From contig NMRA01001044.1 in the NCBI GenBank assembly GCA_002633005.1, positions 1 to 64,000 on the forward strand: 64,000 bases of DNA. The letters run 5' to 3'. Source of the stretch: Phoronis australis (lineage: Eukaryota > Animalia > Phoronida). Each line of letters opens with the position of its first letter. The stretch's first letter is position 1. The position numbers and the translations under genes are program-made. Positions 21,519-34,925 of this stretch are shown piece by piece. A model generated the notes under the pieces. That model was not told the origin of the DNA. It made no database searches and saw only the letters and a program-made list of their open reading frames with translations.

Positions 21519-24500
21519 GGGGCTATTCGGAAAATCTGCAACAACTAGAGGGCGTGCGTGTACTAGTGGTGATAGATTAACAGCCTCGATTTCGCGAGCC
21601 CTTTAAATACATGGTGAAATGGCTTGCAGCCGTGCCAACTGAATCTGAGATTGCGAAAAAAGGGTGATTCTATGAGAGAAAGTAAGCACGACCTCATACA
21701 AAGGTAAGGTTCGTGATTATTCTACCGATGCCTGTTAACTGAGGCACTCGCCGATGTCGACTTCGCGGCAGTCAGTCACCAGCCAGAGTCTGGTTAATCT
21801 TTGTATGTTGTGATATGTCATACGATACTTGATGTAGCAATCGGGATCTTTTCGTACATCAAAGCATTATTATTGTTTGGAATGATTTCTAAAAGTTTAT
21901 CAGTGACAGTTACATCAATCAATGCTGAATGTTTATGCTGTCAACTCGATACAGGTTAATGAGTTAAGATTACAATCCAATCCTAATGGCAAAGGGTAGG
22001 TGAGTGATAAATATCCATTGCATTAGACTATTTGTTTACTCCCTATCATATGTCTTCTGGAAATCTATTACACGTTGAAATGGAAATCTATCACGTCAGT
22101 TTTCACGTAACCTTTGGTTTTTAGGTTTGAAGGCTTGTACCGTGCAGAGGAGATATGCATCGCTTCTGCACCGTCCCTGAATGGACAAAAATTGGTTTTT
22201 AGCATTTGACTGCAGCTAACCAACAAGATCTTCCCATCATCCAGTGCAGATCTGTTGTCAAAGCCTACTTTCAATATTGGAGACAACGAACAAAGCCTTT
22301 GAAAAGGAACAGCTATTTTTAAAGTCATTTTGTTAAATTACTTATTCAGGTCCCGAGGGGGGATTGGCATGGGGGGTTGTAATATTTGGTACAACTGAAT
22401 GTGTGGAAAAAACAGGTAATACATGTTTGGGGAAAAGAGCATGGTGAGACAATTCTTAACCTTCACGAAGTCCCTTCAAATTGATTTCATGAAACTGTTT
22501 TGCTACTTGTATCAATTGTAAAACCAGGAAAATATATTACATTTTTGGAATTCACAGTGACTGAAATGTTGCAAGTCGTTATAAATTCAAATGACTGCCA
22601 TTTTTGTGAAAATTGCATTTTTGATGGTGTCTTACGATTTGCAATTACTCTTAAACAACAGAAAGATTATCCATCATTTTTAAATGACCCAAGTCTTCAT
22701 ATCTTCTATTAGAAGAAAAACGGTTCCCTCAACCTTAGGCTTGAAGTATGCTTGACAGAACCATGAAACTGTAATATGAGTTTAAATTGCTGGAAGTATC
22801 AAAATTAAAAAGGCTTGAAAATGGGCAACAAAGGTTTGAAGTTGTCTCAAAAAACTTGAATATTTTACAGACAAGTGATGCGTTTAAAGAATTGTTATGG
22901 CTAGGGATAAAAAATAAAGACACAGTTTTATGCAACACTCATTATATACACCCTTGGTTTCTGAAAATAGTAATTATTTACTTTTATGTGAAACTCTAGA
23001 CCAATCACCATATATTTTTGAAAAACAGAGATAACATTTTTGATCCAATCTGAAGTACTTAATTATTCATATTTCAATATTTGTTCCAGGTTCAGTGACA
23101 TCTTAAGGCCACTTCAAGCTGTATCATAGACAAGCTTTGTTACTCCGTTCTCTTCCCACAGCACTTCCACACATCAGCAGTGCTGCATTGCACAATGTGC
23201 AAGTCAGTGGCCCTGGAGAAATGTGAATCGCAGTACTAAGTTACCATAAGACAATGTGCCAGTGGACTGTCTGTGTATTCCGACAAACTATATCTGACTG
23301 CTACACCAGCCAGCCTCGTTGGTGAGGATGCCCTTTCATAGGCAATTAGTCATGTGTGGACAATAGCTTATTTCCTTTCCAGGAAGAAACATGAGGGACA
23401 GAAGCTAAAGAAGACCTAGTGACACTCTGGTCTAGTTCAGGGTCTGATTTTGGGCTCAAAATGATTCAAGTGATATGCTGCTGCGTTTACCTTCAAGGGT
23501 CTAATTGTGGATGTTATTGAGGCTGAATGAGGTTACATGAAAGAAAGCCACGTGTTGAAACTGGACCTTTTTTACAAGCGCCTTTATAGGCCATTGAAAC
23601 TAGAACCCAGTGAAATGAAAGCCAAAAGCTGAGTGACATTAAATTTTCCTTTCAGAAGAAAGGCTTTATACTATTGGTAAAAACTTTTCAATTTGGTACA
23701 GATTATGGGGAAATGACATTCAGTGACTGCATCGATTGTCTTATTGTATGTTTTCAATTGTAGCTAGCTGGATAAGAATCTGCTATGCACAAGATTCAAG
23801 AATAAACAATTATCAGTGTATTTAAAAACAAATGGCAAACTGAAAAAGCACAGAAAGAAACAACATTGCGAGGGAGTCCATAATCAGGCATATCAGGTGC
23901 TGAATTTCTGAATTACGTTCAATTCTCTCAGGTTATTGCTGAAGGATTGCTTTTCACTTTGTCCAACGGTGAAATAGATGGTCAGGCGGTTGGTTTCAGT
24001 TGTTTTTTCTTGCCTGTAACAGAATAGAAATATTAGCAAATTGTAAAAGAAAAGACAAGACAAAACTACTTTTGTAAGGCAGAACATACTTGACATTTCA
24101 TCTTCATGTTTATGTGTAGAAACTAATAACCTTTGTACCCAAGTCTTATTTAATATCTGAATTAAAATATGTGAAACAGGCTAAAAGTGATTTAACAATG
24201 TGTATTTTTCATGACACTTAAAATGTGCTTCTGATCTCAACAAGTAAAATTCATTCTAGGTGTCAATTTTTTTCCAATGCAATGTTACGACATTTACTGA
24301 ATTAAGGCTTTTTCATGTTAATTCGATAACTGAGCTGGTGGTCCTGGGGGTGGGGTCCACGAAACTCACTCATCTAGATAATTTTATTGGAAACAGCATA
24401 GTTTTGAAGAGAAACTGCTGTGAAAAAGTCACTCTTGACTTCTGTGCATCACGTACCATAGACCTCTTATTTTGGGAGCACTCCCACCCAGGACAATATG

Positions 24501-24975
24501 AATATGTGCTGCTAGCCTACCCGGCATCGGGTGAGTTTCCAAAAAGAAACACTTAGTTCCACTCAATAAAACTGTTATTCAGTGGGGTAACTGGTGGGGA
24601 TAACATCACCGAACGATGTTGATAGAAACTGATTGCTAAAAACTTACCAAGTAATGTTGTGTAGTCTCCGAATGGAACTGCATAGTCATAGAGCACACAC
24701 GGGGCTTCAGCATCCACACACTTTTTGTCAGTTAGTTGACCCTGCTGACCGCAATTGTCCACGAATATAGTAACCTTAGATCTTTTGGGAATTTGTGGCC
24801 ACCTGTCGAAGACTTGCACCAGGGATATTAGCAGTAATAAGGCTTAGCGAGACGACGTATTTTGATAAAAATTCCATCTTTTACCAGTTGTTTACATGCA
24901 GACAGCCACACATGCGCAATTCAATCACCACTAGTACAGCAGCGACACCGCGAGGAGAATTCTCCGAATAGCCCC
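21519..24975. mobile_element. Decayed ISL2EU-like (PIF/Harbinger-related) DNA transposon
   Basis: AT|GGGGCTATTCGGA ... TCCGAATAGCCCC|AT TIRs. Minus-strand THAP remnant HKFPKDLRLLYSWTIAVSR..W..RVCS at ~24680-24800. Plus-strand YqaJ/lambda-exonuclease-like C-terminal remnant VQGLILG..FTFKGLIV..KLDLFYKRLYRP at ~23420-23600. Convergent arrangement. Confidence 0.68.
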
Positions 24976-27900
24976 ATTAGTAAATATATCATTTTCAGAA
25001 ATTGGCACTTTTGAAACAGCAGTCGTTAGTTCACTATGTCACCACATGTCAGCGCCACCAGCGGCTATGCTGAAGTTCAATGGCATTGCAACTTCACCAT
25101 TCGATATAAAGTTGTTACAAAGTTTTTGTCGCGTAAATGATGAAATCCTTGATGTTAAGAGTGATTTGTTTTCCCAAATGGTCTTTTGTCTACTTTCTGA
25201 TGTTTTTTGCCATGATACGATCTAATAGCCTCCCCCAGCCCCCTGTCACTGTCAGGCAATGATGTGTTGCCCAAGTAGTAGTATCAAAGATTTTATAGAT
25301 ACCTAAGATCTCCGACTTATGACCTAAATAGTCACAGCGTTACAAGTAGCGCCACCTTCTGGAAGGCGCTCAAATACAGCATAATAACACGGTTGACTGT
25401 AATGCCACTGTGTCATCTGGTGCTTACAAAATACTTTGTTTCGCTTGCCTAAAGATAAGGAGAGGTAAGTGTATGTTCATTATGTATTCCATACTACCAT
25501 TGGCAACTGATCGGAGAATAGGAGCCAGTACTGCAGTAGAGCAGGCCTACATATTAGGGATAGTTACCAGTAGTTGACAACACTGAGGACCACAGCATGG
25601 TGGTATGAAACTCATTCGGTAGTGGCTGCACATCTTCTGCCAGGAATGTAATAAAATTTAAGTGGAGTTGTATCAGCTGTGTTTGGATAAAGAAGAGTAG
25701 TCTACAGTTCAGGTTACAGGGTCAGACCCAGTGTTCTGGTCAGCTGGCCTTGTTTACTGCGTGAAAACTGGGGTGAGATAGCTTTTAGGTTTAGTGGAGA
25801 ATGTTTGCCAGCTTGCACAATGTAATGATGTTGTTTGTTGGCGTGTAGACTATTTCTCAGTGTATGGTTCAATTTTAGTTGTGCGAGTTGGGTGCAGAGT
25901 ATGCATAGATCTGACCTAGCAGGGAAATCCTAGAGCTACATAACATGCGATTGTGTGGTCGCCATATCCAAGAGGAACAATTCACTTATCAACTAAAATA
26001 AGAAAGTGTTGTTTTAGTGTAAACAGTCTGATTTTATGTGTTAGTATGAAGTTCCCAGGCACTACTCTGCATTATCACAGGATACGCGTGCCTCCAGCTG
26101 TCTTGCTGAAGAATATGTAACCTAAACAGGGATTATTGAGTCAACTTCTTTCTTAGAACAGTAAACACACCTTTTTTTGATACATCCTGCTGTACCCACA
26201 CGGCTTGTTTCCCATGCCTGCATCCAGGGTCCTCTGGGGCTCGAAGGAGCCCCCCTATTTGGCGTAGTGGACAAAAAGTTTTGCCCCAAAGAAACAAAAA
26301 CTCCGAAAAAAGCAGAAAATGAGACAGAAGTCCACTTCCACCAATCTTTTCTTAGTTATAGGTACACATTCTCAAAAATTCGAGACCCCCATTTTTAGGC
26401 TGGGTGTGCGTGCATGTACTTGCTATACTCCACAACATATCAGAAGGTGTGTATTTCATACTAACCAGTTGTGGAAGTTGGTCTCATTTTTGTCTGGCAA
26501 AACTCTCTTTGAAGTATAAGTTTTAAGGGGCATGTCTATGTGACATCAGAGTTGCTGTACTATTATATTAGTCCTGATGAAGACCCAAGCAGAGCGCGTT
26601 TAAATTGCAAAACTTAAAATAAAGGGCTACTGTGAACCTGTTAATCTATATATTTTTTGATAACTTTGGGGATTCNCCCATTTTTAGGCTGGGTGCGCGT
26701 GCATGTACTTGCTATACTCCACAACATATCAGAAGGTGTGTATTTCATACTAATCACTTGTGGAAGTTGGTCTCATTTTTGTCTGGCAAAACTCTCTTTG
26801 AAGTATAAGTTTTAAGTGGCATGTCTATGTGACATCAGAGTTGTTGTACTATTATATTAGTCCTGATGAAGACCCAAGCAGAGCGTGTTTAAATTGCAAA
26901 ACTTAAAATAAAGGGCTAGTGTGAACCTGTTAATCTATATATTTTTTGATAACTTTGGGGATTCGCATTTACCCTGAGGTACAGTTTGAGGTTAATGCCC
27001 AAGGAGTTATATTGATGCTATTGTCTTCACATGAAAAGGTCAATAGTCATATAACATTGATTGATTAGTCTGAAGTAGACTAATTATATGCAGCATAAGT
27101 GGGAAAACTTTTCTTGGTAATATTTTCATTGTACCGGATGGTAGTGTATGTTCCCTCGAACCACATGCATTATCCATGACAACTATTTTTATGTTGGCAA
27201 AATCAAATTTATTGTCTTTAATATTGCAGTTATTCCAGAACATTAGTACTGTACAAGTGCTAGGTCTCATAGCTGAGATATCTGTATTGACATGTATTGT
27301 TTAATGTATTTTAAACATGGAATGTTGTTTTCATACAATTTATCAATTGTGTGTTAAAATTAAAATGCTTGTAATGTCTTTTGAGCTGATGTGTTACAAA
27401 GTCAGAATAAAAAATGATATTGATCCACATGCTCTTATTCATTATTACTTTACTTTTGTTTATGTAGTGAGTATTATTTATTATTCATATTTATTTTATT
27501 CCGTGTCTTTCAGCAACAAGAACTATGATAAAAATATGACAAAATATTATGCTAAAATATTATATAAATTACTGTTGTATTTACTTGATTCTGGAGCTAT
27601 ACTTAGAAAACCATGTGGAAAATGTCATTCTATTAAATTCAGGCGGTTGCTTTCATACCAGTCTTAGCCCTGGCAAAGTCTTAATCAATTAAAGTTAAAT
27701 ATCAAAATAATTAAATATTATCATAATTGCATAAACTTCCATGTAAATACAAATGATGTTTCCTCAAGATTGATATTGTATTGTATTGCTATGCTTACAA
27801 AGGGATCTGAAAAATATTGAATGGCATTTGCTTTCATTCTAGTATTATTGCATCACGATGATTATCGAATTGGCCATAACATCATCAAAAATTATGTTTT

Positions 27901-28103
27901 CCTCAAGTAAATTATAAATTTAATTCACAAAAATTGGTTTTATGTCTAAAAACGTGTTTTTATTCAAGTTAGTTACCAAAGGCTCAGACCTGGTTTGAGG
28001 GTCTCCGAATACAACTTGGTCTCCAGCTAATAGGTGGCGCTGTTCCAAATGTGTGACTAGGCAAATTACACTAGGACGGCCATCTTGGGATATAGTATCT
28101 TTG

Positions 28104-28230
28104 GTTGTACTCCGCGTTGCTCGAACAGCTAGAAAAAATACGAACACTCTGTTTTACAATCCCTAAGGACGTTGGGATTCGGAAGCGTTTGGTCCTTGCC
28201 ATACGCCGCGACGAAGGAAAATATGTCCGT
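28104..28230 (+). pseudogene. THAP-domain fragment of another DNA transposon, interrupted by a P-element end
   Basis: CTPRCSN, then (frameshift) FTIPKDVGIRKRLVLAIRRDEGKY|gtaaa. Directly follows a second copy of the P right terminus ending at 28103. Confidence 0.6.
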
Positions 28231-28565
28231 GTAAAATTTATTTACTGTTTTCGAATCATAATTTGTCGCATCTTGGACAGGATGCTGCCATAGCAACGAG
28301 GACCGGAGAATCTTCGGTCAGCCAGGCTGTGTTTTCATGACTATGGGTTGAAGCGCGATGCATTTTTCTTTACAAAAAGGACAGGGCCCTCAATCCTTCA
28401 ATTTTGGGGCCTAATATCGGCCCTATTCCCCTCTCAAAAATATTGAAAAGTCACGTAAAATTCCCGGCCACAAGGCCTAAAAGTCTCCTTTGTGATTGAA
28501 AATTTCTCTCCAACGGTTCAAATCACCTATGACCACAGAGGTGACAATTTGAAAAAGTAAAAAAT

Positions 28566-29091
28566 CATAGGTGGATTTAGAGGGGGGGACAGGGGCCCGA
28601 CCCCCTCCCCCCTTGACTGCCGCAAGCAAAATAAACCAGCAAAACGTGAAACGGGAGGAAACTTGTACTGCAATTCGAGCTAAGACCGGTAGCGGACGAG
28701 GGGGAAAACTGACGTTTTATTTTTTTTTAGTCCAACGACAGATTTCCTGAGCAGAAGGTATACATCCTCGGCGCCCGCAACTTCAGGGCCGCCTGCGTGC
28801 ATACACATGTCGTGAACAACTCCACTAAAACAACAATCTGTAGGAACACCGTATTTATCCACCTTCACTCTTATCAGGCTTCTATTGTGAGTCAGCATGC
28901 GGGAATAATTGGCTGATAAGCCACCTGTGGAACTACTTTTAGCTGAATAGATGACCAGGCCATAAAATGATGATTAGCCAAGACAAGTTAAATAATGCAG
29001 GCATGGAATAGGCAATCGCGCTTTGCCCGCTTCTCCGAGGATGTCGCCCCCCCCCTCACTAGCCCTATATGGTATCCTAGATCAGCCACTG
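28566..29091. mobile_element. hAT-like MITE
   Basis: CATAGGTGGATTTAGAGGGGG ... CCTAGATCAGCCACTG termini with G/C-run subterminal tracts. Confidence 0.55.
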
Positions 29092-30447
29092 AAAATGCTA
29101 GTTGAGACAGAGCTATGAGAGCTTGCAAAAGGGCGGGGTGCTATTGATGGTGATCAGGAGGTCAGCAGAGTTTTCACTGACCCGTCACTGGGTGAAACGT
29201 TCCCCTCTCAGAAGGCCGCACACACGAGGCACCTTTCCCCTCGGATATGAACGAGGCCTCTGAAGAAGCATGATAACTATTCTTGTTCCAGGGGGGATCC
29301 AGGACTTTGAGTTGNCTTGGTAATATTTTCATTGTACCGGATGGTAGTGTATGTTCCCTCGAACCACATACATTATCCATGACAACTATTTATATATTGG
29401 CAAAATCAAATTTATTGTCTTTAATATTGCAGTTATTCCAGAACATTAGTACTGTAGAAGTGCTAGGTCTCATAGCTGAGATATCTGTATTGGCATGTAT
29501 TGTATAATGTATTTTAAACATGGAATGTTGTTTTCATACAATTTATCAATTGTGTGTTAAAATTAAAATGCTTGTAATGTCTTTTGAACTGATGTGTTAC
29601 AAAGTTAGAATAAAAATGATATTGATGCACATGCTCTTATTTATTATTACTTTACTTTTGTTTATGTAGTGAGTATTATTTATTATTCATATTTATTTTA
29701 TTCCGTGTCTTTCAGCAACAAGAACTATGATATAAATATTACGTAATATATGACAAAATATTATGCTAAAATATTATATAAATTACTGTTGTATTTACTT
29801 GATTGTGGAGCTATACTTAGAAAACCATGTGGAAAATGTCATTTTATTGAATTCAGGTGGTTGCTTTCATACCAGTCGTAGCCCTGGCAAAGTCTTAGTC
29901 AATTAATGTTAAATATCAAAATAATTAAATATTATCTTAATTGCATAAACTTCCACGTAAATACAAATGATGTTTCCTCAAAATNTGGCAAAGTCTTAGT
30001 CAATTAAAGTTAAATATCAAAATAATTAAATATTATCTTAATTGCATAAACTTCCACGTAAATACAAATGATGTTTCCTCAAAATTGATATTGTATTGTA
30101 TAACTATGCTTACAAAGGGATCTGAAAAATATTGTTATTCATTTGAATGGCATTTGCTTTCATTCTAGTATTATTGCATCACAATAATTATCGTATTGGC
30201 CATAACATCATCAAAAATTATGTTGTCCTCAAGTAAATTATAAATATAATTCACCAAAATTGGTTTTATGTCTAAAAACGTATTCTTATTCAAGTTAGTT
30301 ACAATCTTCACCACAGTCTCAGACCTGGTTTTGAGGGTCTCCGAATATAACTTGGTCTCCACCTAATAGGTGGCGCTGTTCCAAATATGTGACTAGGCAA
30401 ATTACACTAGGACGGCCATCTTGGGATATAGTATCTTTGGTAGTATT

Positions 30448-30608
30448 CAGGGGCAGCTCAAGGATTTTTAGATAGGAGGGGGGCAGGGCAGAGTATTACA
30501 CAGGATTTTACCCGTAAGATATTTGCACCCTCAAACAGCCAAATGAAATCTGGGAGTTTTAGAGGGGCCACAGACTGGCCCCCTTGCCCCCCCCAAATCC
30601 ACCAATGT
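30448..30608. mobile_element. hAT-like MITE fragment
   Basis: CAGGGGCAGCTCAAGG ... CCCCCCAAATCCACCAATG degenerate termini. Confidence 0.4.
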
Positions 30609-33600
30609 GATCTTGTGATTTGATATGAAATTTCCTCCTAACTCATATGTATTGATTTCTGAGCTGATGTGGTGTCTTTGCTCGTTACCTTTTAAGCTGT
30701 GTAATCCATTGTTTTCATCAAACATGATGAGCCTGTACTATTTGTAGTATATGCTAACAACACACTTAAACAGCAATATCTCTGTAGAAATCGATCCAGA
30801 TTTTATATAATATACACCACCACGTTTGTCTCAATGAGACGAATCTTTTTATATGCAGCACATGTATATTCTTTTATTTTTTACGAAATTATGTAAAAAG
30901 GCAGATATTTTACGCATAATCGTCGTGTTTCAATGGCCATTTTCTCGTCAACCGCTCATCCAAATTTTCTGATTTCTGCACCATTTCATTTCTTACACCA
31001 AGGGATTTTCAAAAATTTATGTCACCTGGGTATTATAAAAAATTTAAGAAAAACGTTGTCCTCCCTACCAAAAGTCCAAAACTTGAGACTTGCGGCATCT
31101 TCAGTCTTCATCACCAAGGCTCAAAGGGTGAGCAAACCAATATGGCTGAAATTCAGCAAGAGCGAAATTTTGCCATTTTTCATGATTTTCACAAGCTCAT
31201 ATCTATTAGCATACTAAGTGGTGGAAAATGAAAAGTATGCCAGTGAAATATTTAATTTTTCTTCTTTCTATTGATACCCATTACAAAAAATTGGGCATTA
31301 ATGAGTATTTTTAAAAATGAAGTAAAGCGAGCACCTCACAAATTTTTCACTCACCGGTAAATTCTTGTGACTTTCAGTAGGTGTCAAACTTTCAGCTGTT
31401 AAATGGCCGTTACTGAACCGATTTTAATGATATTTATAGCAAACTGTTAAATGGCCGTTACTGAGCCGGTTTTAATGATATTTATAGCAAACTGTTTGCT
31501 ACAAAATTCTGCTTTCAACCCTGAGTGTACACTTTTTATTTTTTTGACAAAAATATGAGAAAATGTACTTTTTTTAATTTACTGCCTCGCCACTCTCTCA
31601 CCTGGAAAAAATCCTGAAAGTGTACACTCATGTCATAATCACTTATCATGTCCTAATCCATTCCTGATCAAATTTTTTCACTTTATCTCACCATTTCCAT
31701 TTAGGAACACTTAGGTAACTTCAGTCATTTTTCAAGAACCATGTTGACCTTTCCAGGGTTCAAACTAAACTCGAACCTGATTGGTCAAATGTATTCAACA
31801 GAACCAGTCAAAACTTCTCTAAATTACAAAAAGTGGCCCAAGCCTGGTAAAATATTTTCATTAAAATAATATAAAAAACATTCTTAGAAAATTAAATATT
31901 ACACCAAAATAAATGTTCAGTCTATACTGCAGTGCATCAAAACATTTTAGAATACAAATATGCTGTTTTTGGATAGTCACCAACACAACACCTCTCAGTT
32001 TCTATATTATTTGACAGGAATGAAATTGATTTGAAATTCGGTGAAATTTTAGGGTCCAATTTAATTTTGTTTAATTAAAAATGCATATTATCATTTTTTG
32101 TCATTTGGTGTGCAACTTAAGATTGTGAAAACATTGATCTTACTTGGGAAAAAATATAAATTTACATAACCTCACAGGTTTTTAAATGAATAACGAAATA
32201 CTCTGAAAACAGAGTTTTTTGGTTTTTGCTCATTTTGAATTCACTTGTTATGCAAATTTCATTTTTTAGAATTATTTCAAAATCTTTTGGAGCAAAAGAA
32301 AGATGTTTACTAAACCATAATAATTCTTGAAGTGTTCTGTCATTTTCAAGGTAATAAGTTGCTTTCTTTTTAAAACATCACTTGTTCAACTTAGCTTCAG
32401 GGGCAAAAATGTCGTGTCACAAGTCGATGGTGAACTTTTCAATTTTTGTTGTTCTTGTTCACGCAAAATATGATAATTTGTGGTTTGGTGTCTATGCCAT
32501 GTTGATAACCTACTTGCAAAGGACTTTCCATCTTGTTTTAAGAACATTGTGAGCTATGGATTCCCAAATATAGTTGTCTAAACTTGCCATTTTCTGTGGA
32601 CTGAAATTTCTGGGTGGCGTTGGCTGAGAAAAGGCCATTTTTTAGGCTCTAAAATTCAAATAACTCGAGAATCGCCCAACCGATTTTAAAAATTCAAAAA
32701 GTTGTATAAACGGCATGTCTAAAGCTATCATTTAACACTCTGTTCAAGTGTTTCTGAAGAAATTTGTATTTGGGTTTGCTCACCCTATCAACCACAGGCG
32801 TCCTCAGCTTCTGATCGTCCCCAATACACTACATATAATATAGGCAATGACCATCGCCTCTGTTGGCCCGAAGCAGAGGCGATGCAGAGGCTATAGGCGC
32901 TCTGTACGCCGGAAGCTTTTCGGCGAATTATGCCTCACACCGACTAAACCATCAAAGTCACGTTGTTATAAGTACCTTTTGCGCATAGAGGAACACCTTA
33001 GGAGGTTGTCGATGTGTTTAATTCCTTCCAACTCGAACAAATACTCCCGTTATGAAACTTTTTCTTCGCGCTGTCCCTATTTCAGTTCCCAAAATCGTGA
33101 AATCAAAATTTTCATTTTTTTTAACCAGGCCGAAGGTCAGAAGTTGCGATCCTACCGGTGAACTTTGAAAGCTGAAGTTCCCGCCCTTTGCGTATGTGCT
33201 GCCGGGAACCAGCCGTGCATTTGCCGTGTTGTTAAACATTAAAATGTCAAATATGTGCACAAAGACTATTAAGAGACAGTCCATATAAAAACCAGTAGAT
33301 TTTCAAAAATCAGTCTATACGTCAAAATTTAAAACTTCATTTTTTGTACATGGTTAGGTATCCTAACATAAACCCAAATGCCAAATTTTGTGCACTCAAT
33401 GACCCCTAATTTCGCCGCTGAGCATGATAACACAAATTGGCACAATTGGGCATATTAGCCGTATCAAAAATCGCATGTTTTTAGCAACAAAAATGAGTAA
33501 CATACAAAATAGATCAAAAGCTATATTTTGGTGGCTGAAATAACCAAAGTATACTGTACATAATTCTGTGCCATTTATTAATGAATCTGACAGTTTTGTG

Positions 33601-34517
33601 CTAGACAGGGGAGATAATCCACAGACCACTTTTTGGGGCTAATTTTAGTGGCCATTTTTGTGACCTTCATACTGCCATAAAACACCTTGCAGCCTTATGT
33701 GATGTTTTGAACATACAGTTAAAGAGTTAGTCTTAAGGACTGAGCAATAAAAAATCTTGCCTCAACTTTGCACCTTGGTGAAAATTGTCTTGCAAAACTG
33801 TCTATTTTCATAGTTTGGAAATGACGAGCAGAGTTTACAGACCATTTGAATAAACCTTTAGGCAAGAAGTTTGCTTTAAATAGTTATAGAAACCAAGTCT
33901 AAACTCTTTCAAATGAAAACAAGATGTTTTCCGGGTTTATTACGCGGCTAGTATCAAACTTGAACCCAATGACCTTTGTCCACTGAGGGAGTCAGTTGAN
34001 CGTCAGATTTACTGAATGAAGTGGTAAATGAGCTCAACGTTTAGTTTTGTAGCATACCAGTCAAAGATGTGTGATATATGAAGTCGAGAGCGTTACTTCT
34101 GTTTGCTTCATGTCTGTCATGAATGAGTCATTAATAAAATTGTCTCTCGTGAATTATTTTCTATTGACTGTGAATGTTTACCTTTTTATACCACTGATGA
34201 TCACACTGACAGAAATATTCAGCGTTAGGGTAACCGGTGTGTGGGGGGAACACCAGATTTCTGGCGACTGGTGGCGACTAAAATGTGTAGCAACTAGCAG
34301 GGACATTACAATATGAGCCCAAAGTTACAATGACTATTGACAAGTTGAAGGATTTTTTGCACTGAACACTAGGGAGCCATATCCACCTTGGGTGCCTTCC
34401 TTTGCCTGTGGCACGAACAAGGCAGATAGAAAACAAGGCAGGGGTGAGTTCAGTAACACTAGAACTTCTCTAAAATTTATCCAAAACCACGTGTTCTCAT
34501 TTAAAATGCAGGACAAT

Positions 34518-34925
34518 CCCCTGCGAAATGTTACCATGGTTGACCATGGTTAAGCACGGTAAAGCACAGTCAACCATGGTTCAACCATGGTTAAACCAAG
34601 GTTAACCGTGCTTGACCATGCTTCTGACCACAGTCAACCACGGTCAAACCATCGTCAACCATGGTTGCCTTTTCCACAAATTGTCAACCATGGTTGACTA
34701 TGCTTCTCACCATGGTCAACCATGGCCAAACCACTGTCAAACCACGGTCAACCATGGTTGCCCATTTTAAAAATGGACAACCATGGTTGACTGGCATCTG
34801 ACCATGGTCAACCATGGCCAAACCATAGTCAACCATGGCCAAACCATAGTTAACCATTGTTGCCTTGGTCTATAAAGAGGCAACCATGGTTAACTATGCT
34901 TTCGACCATATTCAACCATGGTCAG
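34518..34925. repeat. Array of palindromic CAACCATGGT/CCATGG motifs, probable subterminal repeats of a CACTA/EnSpm-type element
   Basis: Many direct and inverted AACCATGGT units follow a CCCCTGCGAAA start. The other end was not seen before the join at 37014. Confidence 0.7.

Larger units (their letters stand above)
25285..30439 (+). mobile_element. P-element family (THAP9-type) non-autonomous transposon with 7-bp TSD, spanning three assembly joins
   Basis: GTAGTAT|CAAAGAT ... TATCTTTG|GTAGTAT. Imperfect subterminal inverted motifs (CCTAAGAT/CCCAAGAT, TAGTCACA, AGCGCCACCT). THAP-like exon C..C..LFRLPKDKER|gtaagt at ~25403-25464. Confidence 0.7.

Noticed and set aside
22068-22328. Penelope GIY-YIG C-terminal remnant (GAEAMHI..PSNL)
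   Set aside because: Similarity is limited to a few residues and I saw no supporting RT.
26571-26625. Penelope-type hammerhead (CCTGATGAAGACC...), duplicated at ~26860
   Set aside because: The expected GGTCGAAA half is absent; at most a decayed relic.
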